Positions 1-9,236 of a stretch of DNA of 64,000 bases are shown one piece after another. The stretch's first letter is position 1. Each line of letters opens with the position of its first letter. The position numbers were made by a program, and so were the translations under genes. The stretch comes from Acidobacteriota bacterium (lineage in GTDB: Bacteria; Acidobacteriota; UBA890; WLXD01): positions 192,001 to 256,000 of the forward strand of contig CAXWPL010000002.1 in NCBI GenBank assembly GCA_963666215.2, given 5' to 3'. The notes under the pieces are model-generated. The model was given only the letters and a program-made list of their open reading frames with translations. It had not been told where the DNA came from and did not search any database.

Positions 1-222
1 TTGGAGTCGATCCTCGAGCTCCTCCAGCTTGCGCGCAGCCTCCTGCACACGGCTCTCTCCGAACAGGCGGGCGCCAGCGTCGAATGCCTCGGTGACGTCC
101 TTGGCCGGCATCGTTTTCGAGACTGCCAAAAGAGCGATGGAGCTCGGCTCGCGACCGCTGCGCCTGGCCGCAGCGGCGATCCTCTGGCCGACCACCCGGA
201 GATTGTCCTCGACGCTACCCAT
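1..222 (-). CDS. yggS: YggS/PLPBP family PLP-homeostasis protein, 5' part (runs off window start)
   Basis: Not in the ORF track. My translation from ATG at 222: MGSVEDNLRVVGQRIAAAARRSGREPSSIALLAVSKTMPAKDVTEAFDAGARLFGESRVQEA, with the LAVSK (PLP lysine) and FGExRVQE motifs. Confidence 0.88.
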   Translation of the reverse strand, partial: MGSVEDNLRVVGQRIAAAARRSGREPSSIALLAVSKTMPAKDVTEAFDAGARLFGESRVQEAARKLEELEDRLQ

Positions 223-365
223 GGGTGTGGATGGTAGCATCGGGGCCGCTCGCCGGCGCCGCTCCCGATCACGTTCGCGGGCGCCGATTCCGGCCGTTTT
301 GCGCTGCGGTGTGGCCGAAACTTTCTCGGCTTTGCGGACGTACTAAGAGGCGTTGTGCGGAACAG

Positions 366-527
366 ATGAGCGTGTCCGACCAAGAGATCGTCGCCGAGGT
401 GCTCGCAGGCAAGCAGCACCGGTACGCCGAGTTGGTTGGGCGCTATCAGGGGCCAATTGTGAACTATGTGTATCGGATGATGGGGCAATACGAGGACGCG
501 GTCGATTTGTCGCAGGACGTCTTCCTC
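366..527 (+). pseudogene. ECF sigma factor (RpoE/SigW-like) N-terminal fragment, fused in frame to an IS481 transposase remnant
   Basis: MSVSDQEIVAEVLAGKQHRYAELVGRYQGPIVNYVYRMMGQYEDAVDLSQDVFL is ECF region 1.2/2.1-2.2. The rest of region 2 and region 4 are absent. Confidence 0.8.
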
Positions 528-1325
528 TGGCTGGATAGATACGAGCGAGAAGGTGAGGCCGGGCTGCTCGATCGATCAAGCCGGCCGACGTGCTGTCCGC
601 ACGCAACAAGCGCTGGAGTTGTGAGGCAGATCGACAAGCTACGTCGGCGGCGACTGACGGCCTGGCAGATCAGCCGAAGGTTGGCTGTGCCGCGCTCGAC
701 CGTCTCGGCGTGGCTGAAGCGGCTCGGACTCGCCAAGCTTGATGCGCTCGAGCCCAAGCCCGAGATCGTTCGCTACGAGTACGAGCACCCCGGTGACCTA
801 CTGCACCTGGATACGAAGAAACTGGCCCGTATCCGGCGACCTGGACACCGCATCCACGGCGACCGCTCCAAGCGGGCCTACGGCGTCGGCTGGGAGAACG
901 CCCACGTCGCTATCGACGATCACTCTCGGGTGGCGTACGTCGAAGTGCTGCCCGCCGAAGACCAACACACCTGCACAGCGTTCCTGCAGCGAGCCGTCGA
1001 GCACTTCGCTTCGATGGGAGTAGCGGTGCGCCGAGTGATGACAGACAACGGGCCTGGCTACGTCTCGAAGCGCTTCAATCGCCTATGCCATCAACTCGAG
1101 ATCCGGCACATTTACACCCGGCCCTACACCCCCAGAACCAACGGCAAAGCCGAACGCTTCATCCGCACACTCAAGGAGCAGTGGGCCTACGGCACCTGCT
1201 ACCAGACCTCAGCTCGACGTACTCGAGCTCTACGGCCCTGGCTCAACCACTACAATCGTCACCGTCCCCACGCCGGCATCGGCATGACACCGCCGATCGC
1301 TCGGCTCTCAGGGGTGAGTTCGTGA
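528..1325 (+). pseudogene. IS481-family DDE transposase lacking its native N-terminus
   Basis: Motifs GLLDRSSRP, HPGDLLHLDTKKL, AIDDHSR, VMTDNG, RPYTPRTNGKAERFIRTL and YNRHRPH. Confidence 0.88.
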
Positions 1326-1346
1326 ACAACCTACCTAGAACTCACA
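528..1346 (+). mobile_element. IS481-family insertion sequence, left end missing
   Basis: Transposase motifs are followed by a right end GTGAACAACCTACCTAGAACTCACA ending in ACA at 1346, then TCTAGT (1347-1352), which fits the NCTAGN target of IS481. Confidence 0.88.
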
Positions 1347-1347
1347 T

Positions 1348-3351
1348 CTAGTCGTCTTCGCTGGTCTCGACGGCTGCGGGTTTTCTGAAGGAGCCAACAG
1401 GCCCAGCAGACTCGTTCTGCTCGATGGATTGGACCGATTCGAGAGAATCGACCGATTCCTGCGGCAGCAGATCCGGCGACAGCGGTGCCACACGGAGTGT
1501 CTGGTGGCGGCTCAGTGTCACCAGCCCCGGGCTCGCCCCTCGGGGTCGTGCGACGTGGCGGACTTGCGTCCAATGCACTTCGACGCGAGTCGATCCACGC
1601 TCGCGGCTGAAGAACGCCGCCAAGCCGGCCGCCTCATGCAGCGTGTCGGTGGGGATCGCGTCGGCGTCGAGCCGCTCGAGGTTCCGCACCACCACGTGGG
1701 ATCCGGGTCCGTGCGAGTGCAGCCACCAGTCATCGCGTCGTGCCACGCGATGCGTCAATTGATCGTTGCCCTTGGCTGAGCGGCCGACCAGAATCTCGAG
1801 GCCGTCAGAAGATCGAAAGGAGCGAATTCCGGGCAGGTCGCGTGTTCGTACAGATGCCGGGGACTCTCGATCGCGCTCGCCTTCTGGCGAGTCGGAATCT
1901 GGCTCGACTTCCGTAGGCTCGACGATGGTTGGCGGTGTCGATCGCTCCGATGTCACCGCGGCCGGTAGCTCGGGGTCGAACAGATCTTCCGCGGTGAGCG
2001 CCATACGGCGCAGTCGGTCGCTCGATCTGCGCACACGGGCTACGAGGGATCCGAACGCGGCAGGCTCGACGACCTCCTGGGTCTCTGTCTGTAGTGCGCT
2101 GATGTGCTCGAGCCGCTTGTTGATCTCTCGCAAACGCTCGGTGTTCTGGCGCAGCTTGCGCTCCGATCGCTGTGCCCGTCGGTAGTAGCGTTGGGCGTTC
2201 TTGATGCGGCTGAGAGCGGGGTCGATTACGATCGTCAGAGTGGGCGTGGTGGCGCCCGACCCGCCGCCGACGGCGTTGCTATTACCTTGTTCGTAATCGT
2301 TCGGGACAATCACGGCGTCCCTGCTCGCCACCGTCTCTATGTGCTGGTAGGCAAGCAGAAGATCTCCCCGCTGACGTAGTCGAGTTGCCTCATCGTCGTC
2401 CGGCATATTGCGCGCCAGGCGGCCGCCGGCTCGCTTCAGGCGAGCCAGCTCAGCACGCAAAGCGGCGCCGAGCCGCGTACGCGCGGCGCCCAGCGATCGC
2501 ACGCGCGCGAGCCCGACGTAGAACGCCTCCGCCGCCGCGACCAGCGACGGGTAGGGCAGGCAACACGACGAGTCGCGGTGGAGGAGCTCGAACGGTGCGA
2601 GCGCCAACGAACTGGCAGCTTGCCGTGTGTGCAGATCGGCGAGCCCGCTGCAGTCGTCCGGCAGGTAGATGAACGCCGACGTTGGGGCGTCGTGGCGACG
2701 CTGCAACACTGCCGTGAGCGCGGAACCCAGAGGCGCACCCGTTGCCGACATCGCGAGTGCCTCGCGGGCCAGAAGCGGCGTCATGCCGTCGATTCCCGAT
2801 ATGAGCGCGCGCAGGCGGTCACGCTCGTTGTGCAGCATCGCGATCCTGGCGAGCCCAGCGGGCGTGATGACCTCGAGAGGAGCGCGCTGCGAGCGCTCAG
2901 GAGGCTCGTACGGTCTGCCAGGAGAAGGACGTCCGCCGCGCGGATTCCACACCGCCCGTACCTGGTCGTCGCCGTCAACGAGATAGGCGCTTGCACGCCG
3001 CGGCATGAGCTCGAACAGCAGGCGACCAGGTTGGCTGCCGCCCCAACCGAGCTCGACGATGCGATCGCCATCGAGGAGAGCGAGGCGGTTGATCCGTCGG
3101 CCGCGCGCCAGCTTGCGCGTGGCCATTGCAAACGCCGGTGGCTGCGGCAATGTGCGATGTCCGGCGTGCCGTAGATACAAGTGGGGTTGTTCGGCGTTGG
3201 CTGAAAACCACAGCCGCCGCGGCGTCGCGGCATCGCCGTCGAGGACCACGACCACGTGATGCCGCGGCAGCGCGTACACCTGATCGATGCGCCGACCGAC
3301 GATCAGGTCGCTCAGTTCGACGGTCAGGCGTTCGAGTACGGCGAGGTCCAC
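1348..3351 (-). CDS. rqcH: Rqc2/RqcH (FbpA, NFACT family) ribosome quality-control protein
   Basis: NFACT-N with DRIVEL and ELM motifs, coiled coils, and C-terminal NFACT-R domain (ILVGRSAKGNDQLT, WLH..GPGSHVVV). Confidence 0.9.
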   Translation of the reverse strand: MDLAVLERLTVELSDLIVGRRIDQVYALPRHHVVVVLDGDAATPRRLWFSANAEQPHLYLRHAGHRTLPQPPAFAMATRKLARGRRINRLALLDGDRIVELGWGGSQPGRLLFELMPRRASAYLVDGDDQVRAVWNPRGGRPSPGRPYEPPERSQRAPLEVITPAGLARIAMLHNERDRLRALISGIDGMTPLLAREALAMSATGAPLGSALTAVLQRRHDAPTSAFIYLPDDCSGLADLHTRQAASSLALAPFELLHRDSSCCLPYPSLVAAAEAFYVGLARVRSLGAARTRLGAALRAELARLKRAGGRLARNMPDDDEATRLRQRGDLLLAYQHIETVASRDAVIVPNDYEQGNSNAVGGGSGATTPTLTIVIDPALSRIKNAQRYYRRAQRSERKLRQNTERLREINKRLEHISALQTETQEVVEPAAFGSLVARVRRSSDRLRRMALTAEDLFDPELPAAVTSERSTPPTIVEPTEVEPDSDSPEGERDRESPASVRTRDLPGIRSFRSSDGLEILVGRSAKGNDQLTHRVARRDDWWLHSHGPGSHVVVRNLERLDADAIPTDTLHEAAGLAAFFSRERGSTRVEVHWTQVRHVARPRGASPGLVTLSRHQTLRVAPLSPDLLPQESVDSLESVQSIEQNESAGPVGSFRKPAAVETSEDD

Positions 3352-3425
3352 CGCTCGTCTACTTGGCTACTTGTTTGCGGAGATTCGTCGAACGGGCCTG
3401 GCACCCTGGCGATAACCAGAGGTCG

Positions 3426-4067
3426 CTAGAAGTACCGCGTGCGAATCGAATCGGCGACCTGCAGTACCTGCCGGCGGTAGATGCGGGGCACCCAGCCGCG
3501 TTCCTCGACGAGCTCGGTGAGGCGCGTGGGGCCCACGTTGTAGGCGGCGAGTGCGACGTCAAGATCGTCGAAGCGATGGATCAGCTTCCGCAGATAGAAG
3601 CTCCCGAGCAGAATGTTGATCTGCGGATCGGTGAGCAGCTCGGCTCCGCGCCACTCAATATCGAGCTCTTCGGCCAGCGCCGAAGCCGTTGCCGGCATCA
3701 GCTGCATGAGGCCAACGGCGCCCATACCCGATTCGGCATCGACGATGAAGCGGCTCTCGGTAAAGATGATGCTCAGGATGAGCTCCGGCGCCAGGTCGTA
3801 CCGCTGCGCAGCCTCGATGATGGTGTCGGCAACGGCGCGCTTCTTGTTGGGAGCGACATCGAGGCGATAGTGATCCAGCACGCGCAATACGGCGATCTCG
3901 ACGCGCGCGGCTTCGGCATCCGCCTTGAGGAGCGCAATCCTGGAACGGTACGCGGCAGTCTCGGCGTCGTGCCGCACGAGGGCCGTGTCGTAGTCACGAA
4001 CGGCCTGAAGTAACACCAGGTTCAAACAGACGAGGCCAAGTGCAACCCACTGCAACTTGTTGCCCAT
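3426..4067 (-). CDS. Lytic transglycosylase (SLT domain), membrane-anchored
   Basis: Catalytic ES motif (FTESRF), GLMQLMP and AAYNVG. N-terminal TM segment after ATG 4067, with GGAG upstream. Confidence 0.9.
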   Translation of the reverse strand: MGNKLQWVALGLVCLNLVLLQAVRDYDTALVRHDAETAAYRSRIALLKADAEAARVEIAVLRVLDHYRLDVAPNKKRAVADTIIEAAQRYDLAPELILSIIFTESRFIVDAESGMGAVGLMQLMPATASALAEELDIEWRGAELLTDPQINILLGSFYLRKLIHRFDDLDVALAAYNVGPTRLTELVEERGWVPRIYRRQVLQVADSIRTRYF

Positions 4068-4097
4068 CGATCTCTTCTCCAGCCCGCGGCGTACGCA

Positions 4098-4252
4098 CAC
4101 TCCCGAGCCGTATGTAGAGAAAGTGCTGCTAGCGCTTTCTGCGGGAGTGGGCATCGCGTTGCGGGACAGCCCCCCGGTTGTCCCATCTTGCTCCTGGCCG
4201 CGGGGGGAGCTCGGGCCAGGCGAGGCTTGGTGAGTACCCACTATCCAAGCCT
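4098..4252. ncRNA. Candidate structured RNA (array of hairpins) in the transglycosylase leader
   Basis: Stems CACTCCCG/CGGGAGTG (enclosing AGAAAGTGCT/AGCGCTTTCT), GGGACAGCC/GGTTGTCCC, CCTGGCC/GGCCAGG and AGGCTTGG/CCAAGCCT. No family recognised. Confidence 0.35.
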
Positions 4253-4266
4253 GCGTAGATCCTTGA

Positions 4267-4294
4267 ATTTTAGCCGCTCGTTGCCCTGGGTCAA
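4267..4294 (-). promoter_or_regulatory. Putative sigma70 promoter for the transglycosylase
   Basis: TTGACC-N16-TAAAAT on the minus strand, with an AT-rich tract upstream. Confidence 0.55.
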
Positions 4295-4437
4295 GAGGAA
4301 AAACGCGGCCTCAACTCTTTTTTAGTGTGTTTTACTGAGCAATAATATGCTTTTAAGATCATACAAATTAAAAATTGACCATTCGTATCTAATTCAGCTC
4401 GAGAGGCCCACTCGAGAACAGGCAGAACCGAGGGCGT

Positions 4438-4466
4438 TTGACACGTCGCGCGGCCGCTCGGATAAT
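4438..4466 (+). promoter_or_regulatory. Putative sigma70 promoter of the gap operon
   Basis: TTGACA-N17-GATAAT. Confidence 0.65.
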
Positions 4467-4649
4467 CCGGCCAACGATCGATGGGTTGCTCCGATGCAAG
4501 GGGCGCCTCACGCCATTCGTTCCGCCCGCACCGTTTCCCGACCGAAGCCCACGTGGGCGGTCGGGCGCTCGCGGACCGAGTGCCACTGCCCTCGCTGGTC
4601 CCCGAAGCCGAAGCGATCCGATCTTCGACCGTTCCTGAAGGAGGCTCCC

Positions 4650-5657
4650 ATGTCCGTTCGCGTCGCCATCAACGGCTTTGGACGTATCGGCCGCAACGTG
4701 GTTCGCGCGGCAAAGCGCGACAACGCCGACATCGACTTTGTGGCCATCAACGATCTCACCGACCCTGAGACGCTCGCGCACCTGCTGCGCTACGACTCGG
4801 TACACGGCCGGTACCAAGGCGAAGTGAAGGTCGATGGGGATTTCCTACGCATCGACGACGACTCGATTCGAGTGCTGTCCGAGCGCGATCCCGCCGGCTT
4901 GCCGTGGGGGGATCTGGGGGTCGACATTGTTGTGGAGTCGACCGGCCTGTTTCGCACTCGTGAGGCGGCTGGCAAGCACCTCGCGGCAGGCGCCAAGAAG
5001 GTGATCATCTCTGCTCCCGCGGTGGAGCCGGACGTCACCATTTGCCTCGGTGTCAATCAAGAGACTTACGACGCCGACAACCACCACATCATCTCGAATG
5101 CATCCTGCACGACCAATTGCCTGGCACCGATAGCCAAGGTGCTCAACGACAACGTTGGCATCGAGAAAGGCTGGATGACGACGATCCACGCCTACACCAA
5201 CGGTCAGCAGATTCTCGATTTGCCGCACAAAGACCTACGCCGGGCGCGCGCGGCGGCACTGTCGATGATTCCGACCACCACTGGCGCCGCCAAAGCCGTT
5301 GGGCTGGTGCTGCCGGAACTGCTGGGCAAGCTCGACGGATTCTCGATTCGCGTTCCCACCCCGGACGTTTCGGTGGTCGATCTGGTGGCCAAGGTCGGGC
5401 GCACCACCAGCCCCGAGGAAGTCAACGACTTCATGCGCGCAGCCGCCGCTGGTGCGCAGCAGAACGTGCTCCACGTTTCCGACGAGCCCTTGGTGTCGGT
5501 TGACTACGTGGGGTGTCCCTTCTCGTCGGTTCTCGATGCCGAGTTTACCCGTGTGGTCGATGGCGATCTCGTGCAACTGATGTCGTGGTACGACAACGAG
5601 ATGGGCTACTCGACTCGGGTGAAGGATCTGGCCGAGTTCGTCGGCTCGCGGTCATAA
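4650..5657 (+). CDS. gap: Glyceraldehyde-3-phosphate dehydrogenase (type I)
   Basis: INGFGRIGR, catalytic ASCTTNC and WYDNE. AAGGAGG RBS before ATG 4650. Confidence 0.98.
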   Translation: MSVRVAINGFGRIGRNVVRAAKRDNADIDFVAINDLTDPETLAHLLRYDSVHGRYQGEVKVDGDFLRIDDDSIRVLSERDPAGLPWGDLGVDIVVESTGLFRTREAAGKHLAAGAKKVIISAPAVEPDVTICLGVNQETYDADNHHIISNASCTTNCLAPIAKVLNDNVGIEKGWMTTIHAYTNGQQILDLPHKDLRRARAAALSMIPTTTGAAKAVGLVLPELLGKLDGFSIRVPTPDVSVVDLVAKVGRTTSPEEVNDFMRAAAAGAQQNVLHVSDEPLVSVDYVGCPFSSVLDAEFTRVVDGDLVQLMSWYDNEMGYSTRVKDLAEFVGSRS

Positions 5658-5661
5658 GCGA

Positions 5662-6930
5662 ATGGTCGACGGGCAGCCCGAGCCCGAGACACGCGCGCTC
5701 GGTGCGGTTGAAGGTCGCAGCGCGCCAACGGCGGCGGTGTTGCGCGGCAAGGTTCGGCTGCAGGATCTGAACGTTGGCGGGCAGCCGGTTTTGGTGCGCG
5801 CCGATCTCAACGTCCCGGTCGAGGACGGCGAAGTCACCGACGCGACGCGTATCGAGGGGACGTTGCCGACACTGCGTCACCTGCTGCGCGGTGGCGCTCG
5901 CGTTGTGCTGATGTCGCACCGTGGTCGCCCAGGCGGCCGTCGGCGCCCGGAGCTGTCGATGGCGCCCGTGGCGGTGGCCTTGTCGCGGCGTCTGCAGGCG
6001 TCCGTGGTAGCGGTCGAGGAGTGCATCGGCGATGGTGTAGGTCGGGCGATCGAACGGCTCTCGGACGGCGACGTGTTGCTGCTCGAGAATCTGCGGTTCC
6101 ACCCGGGCGAGACCGCCAACGACAACGAGTTCGCCGCCGCGCTCGCTGCGCACGCTCCGATCTACGTCAACGACGCCTTCGGTGCTTCGCATCGTGCCCA
6201 CGCATCGATTGCCGGCGTGCCCGAGCGCTGCGAGGTTGCTGCGGTGGGCGATCTTCTCTATCGCGAGGTGACGACACTGAGCCGCGTGCTCGTTCAGCCC
6301 ACGGCACCGTTCGTTCTCGTGCTTGGCGGTGCCAAGGTCACCGACAAGGTCGGTTTAGTGGGCAATCTGCTGCCTCTGGTCGATCGGATCGTGATCGGCG
6401 GCGCGATGGCCAACGCCTTCCTGGTGGCCGAGGGGCGCGATCTGGGCGGCTCGTACGCGCCAGAAGAGTCGATCAGCGGAGCCGCCGAGATTGTCGAGCG
6501 CGCCCGCGACTCGGGTGTCGAGTTGGTGCTGCCGCACGACTTTGTTGTTGCATCATCGCGCGACCGTGGTGACGAGGCTCGCATCACCGAGCACGTTGGT
6601 GCCGAAGAGATGGCGCTCGACATCGGCCCCGAAAGCCGAGAGCGGTTCGGCGCAGCCCTGGTGGGTGCGCGCACGGTGGTGTGGAACGGTCCGATGGGTG
6701 TTTTCGAGACCGAGGCGTTCGCGGGCGGCACCCGCACTGTAGCAGCCGCGATTGCCGATCTGGGGTCGGAGGCATTCACTGTGCTCGGCGGCGGCGACAC
6801 CGCCGCGGCCGCGTCGATGACAGGGATCACCCACCAGGTCTCGCACATTTCCACCGGCGGCGGAGCGGTGCTCGAGCTCCTGGGAGGCGCTATTCTCCCC
6901 GGCGTGTCGGTTCTCAGCGATCGTGGCTGA
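5662..6930 (+). CDS. pgk: Phosphoglycerate kinase
   Basis: RADLNVP, LLENLRF, NDAFG, GGAKV, WNGPMG and HISTGGGA. Exact start uncertain. Confidence 0.97.
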   Translation: MVDGQPEPETRALGAVEGRSAPTAAVLRGKVRLQDLNVGGQPVLVRADLNVPVEDGEVTDATRIEGTLPTLRHLLRGGARVVLMSHRGRPGGRRRPELSMAPVAVALSRRLQASVVAVEECIGDGVGRAIERLSDGDVLLLENLRFHPGETANDNEFAAALAAHAPIYVNDAFGASHRAHASIAGVPERCEVAAVGDLLYREVTTLSRVLVQPTAPFVLVLGGAKVTDKVGLVGNLLPLVDRIVIGGAMANAFLVAEGRDLGGSYAPEESISGAAEIVERARDSGVELVLPHDFVVASSRDRGDEARITEHVGAEEMALDIGPESRERFGAALVGARTVVWNGPMGVFETEAFAGGTRTVAAAIADLGSEAFTVLGGGDTAAAASMTGITHQVSHISTGGGAVLELLGGAILPGVSVLSDRG

Positions 6931-6963
6931 GGGCAAATTCTTCAACCCGACAACTCAAACCCG

Positions 6964-7740
6964 ATGACGACCATGGCTTCGCGAACCTTGCTGATTGCGG
7001 GCAACTGGAAGATGCACAAGACGGTTGCTGCCACGCGCACACTGATCGCCGAGCTCCGCGACAGGCTGGATGGAGACGGGTCTCGAGGAGTTGACGTCGC
7101 CATTGCACCGCCCTTCACCGCGCTCGGGGCCGCGGCCGCGGCTCTCGCCGGCAGCTCGATCGAGCTTTGGGCGCAGAACATGCACGCCGAAGACAGCGGT
7201 GCTTTCACCGGCGAGGTATCGCCCGTGATGCTTACCGACATCGGGGCCGATGCCGTGCTCCTGGGGCATTCTGAGCGGCGGGCGATCTTCGGCGAGACCG
7301 ATGTCGACGTCTGCCGCAAGTTGCGCGCGGCTCTGGCACACGACCTGCGTGTCACCCTGTGTGTGGGCGAGTCGGAAGCCCAACGCAAGGCGGGTCAGAC
7401 TACCGACGTTGTCGCGGCGCAGGTGCGGGGCGCTCTCGAGGGGCTGCCCTCGGAGCGCAGCTCGCATCTCGTGTTGGCGTACGAGCCTGTCTGGGCCATT
7501 GGCACGGGGTTGACGGCCACACCGGAGCAGGCGCAAGAGGTCCACGCGATGATCCGGGGCCTGCTGGGCGAGCAGCTGGGCGCGCGGGTTGCCGATGCCA
7601 TCCGCATCCAGTACGGCGGTAGCGTGAAGCCGAGCAACGCCAAGGAGCTGATGAGCCAGCCCGATATCGATGGCGCTCTGGTCGGCGGTGCGAGCCTCGA
7701 CGCCGATTCTTTTGTCGGTATCGTGCGAGCGCTGGCGTAG
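6964..7740 (+). CDS. tpiA: Triosephosphate isomerase
   Basis: AGNWKM, GHSERR, AYEPVWAIGTG and YGGSV. Confidence 0.98.
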   Translation: MTTMASRTLLIAGNWKMHKTVAATRTLIAELRDRLDGDGSRGVDVAIAPPFTALGAAAAALAGSSIELWAQNMHAEDSGAFTGEVSPVMLTDIGADAVLLGHSERRAIFGETDVDVCRKLRAALAHDLRVTLCVGESEAQRKAGQTTDVVAAQVRGALEGLPSERSSHLVLAYEPVWAIGTGLTATPEQAQEVHAMIRGLLGEQLGARVADAIRIQYGGSVKPSNAKELMSQPDIDGALVGGASLDADSFVGIVRALA

Positions 7741-7851
7741 CGGCCGCGATGGTACACTGATCGGGATCGGCGGCCAGGCTGGTTCGGCCGCCATTCGTAC
7801 GTCAGGGAGCGCAAGAGCGCTTCCACGGCTGCTCAGAACAGAGATCCTCCG

Positions 7852-8214
7852 ATGACCTTCCTGCTCGCTAGCCTGCACGTCTTCGTTTGCTTGTTCCTGA
7901 TTTTTGTTGTCCTGCTGCAGTCGGCACAGGCAGCCGACCTCGCCGGAGCGTTTGGCGGCGGTGGTAGCCAGACGGCGCTCGGCATGCGGGGCACGGCGAC
8001 TCTGCTGCAGAAGGCCACCACCGGTGCGGCGATCATCTTCATGCTGACGTCACTGTCGCTGGGTCTCTTCGGTCGCCGCGAGACGTCGATCATCGAGGGG
8101 ATCGAGGGCCCGCCGCCGGCGGCAGGTGCTGCGGCCACCGACGCCGATCCCGCCGACGAGACGTCTGGAGACGCCGCTGGTGAGGTTGACGAGTCTGCCG
8201 GCGCCGAAGCATAG
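7852..8214 (+). CDS. secG: Preprotein translocase subunit SecG (acidic tail may extend to 8316)
   Basis: VLLQ..ADLAGAFGGGGSQT, two TM helices, conserved tpiA-secG-tRNA-Leu order. Confidence 0.93.
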   Translation: MTFLLASLHVFVCLFLIFVVLLQSAQAADLAGAFGGGGSQTALGMRGTATLLQKATTGAAIIFMLTSLSLGLFGRRETSIIEGIEGPPPAAGAAATDADPADETSGDAAGEVDESAGAEA

Positions 8215-8462
8215 GAGGGCGAAGGCGAGGCCACGTCCGCGGAGTCTGGCGAGGGCTCAGAGGGCGATCCGAGCCCAGGCTCTTCCGGCGAGGGGCAGGG
8301 GAGCGGCGGCGACTAGTCGACCGTCCGGCCACCCGATCGCTGGATACCAGGGTTGGCGAGCAGGCTCGACAGCTCGCGGCTCAGCCGACAGCGGATCAGC
8401 GCCGGGATCGCCCCGCCAAAGGCTTTCGCGCGGCATCTTGATCGACTAGCCTTACGCCTCGC

Positions 8463-8546
8463 GCCGAGGTGGTGGAATTGGCAGACACGCATGGTTAAGG
8501 ACCATGTGGGCTAACGCCCGTGAGGGTTCGAGTCCCTCCCCCGGCA
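8463..8546 (+). tRNA. tRNA-Leu, anticodon AAG as sequenced
   Basis: D arm GGTGGAATTGGCAGACAC, anticodon arm CATGG-TTAAGGA-CCATG, long variable arm, T arm GAGGG-TTCGAGT-CCCTC, discriminator A. CCA is not encoded and there is an A5-C68 mismatch. Confidence 0.92.
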
Positions 8547-8592
8547 CTGCCAGTTTTTCCGAGGGTTCCCGCCCTCCGGGTGCCAGGTTGTC

Positions 8593-8994
8593 CTACAGAC
8601 CTAGCGTCGCGCTCGTCCAGCGGCGCCACACCGACGCCGGTAGCAGCTGCACCACTGCGTGGGCGGTCGCCTTCGCGTAGGCGCGATGGAACGCGTCATC
8701 GTCGCGAGCGTCGCGCTTGGCCTCTTCCCAGGCGCCGATCCGACTCCGGCGCTGGAGCCGGTCGCGCACCTCCACGAGGACCTCCACGCTGCGAGCCTTT
8801 TCGTGCACACCGCCGCGCAGCGGCAAGACCTCGAGGCTGCCGAGCTCCCGCGATCCGGCCACGATATCGGCGTGGAACAAATCGATCTCCGCGAAGCGAC
8901 GCTTGATCTCGCCTTCGACCCAGATGTCCACCAGCTCCGTCAACGTCATCTGCTCCAGAACTCCACCGGTTCGAGCTCGACGCGGAACTGACAT
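8593..8994 (-). CDS. Hypothetical protein
   Basis: Protein-like ORF filling the gap after the tRNA. Start may be 8994 or 8949. Confidence 0.55.
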   Translation of the reverse strand: MSVPRRARTGGVLEQMTLTELVDIWVEGEIKRRFAEIDLFHADIVAGSRELGSLEVLPLRGGVHEKARSVEVLVEVRDRLQRRSRIGAWEEAKRDARDDDAFHRAYAKATAHAVVQLLPASVWRRWTSATLGL

Positions 8995-9236
8995 CTCTAA
9001 TGTTTCCAACGATCTAGAGGGAATGCACGAGTCTGCAGCGGCCATCATATGGGGATTCTCAGAGCTCGGTCAAGCCTCCCTAACACCGTGCTACACTCCG
9101 TTGTATCCTCGTCTGAAGTGTCGATTCCGGGCGTTCCTGCGGCCTCAACCGCCTCATTTTCTGGGCCTTGTCCAGGGCCACTCACGCCGGGTCCGTCGTC
9201 GGCTTCCTCTCCGACCCGCCTTGCAGCCTGACTTCC

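Noticed and set aside
4295-4397. oriC or dif site in the AT-rich patch
   Set aside because: No TTATCCACA boxes and only a poor match to the XerD arm.
8212-8214. Genome-wide amber (pyrrolysine or code 15) recoding suggested by secG
   Set aside because: Many genes (tpiA, rqcH, thiolase, selB, VWA) end properly at TAG and no other internal TAG was found.
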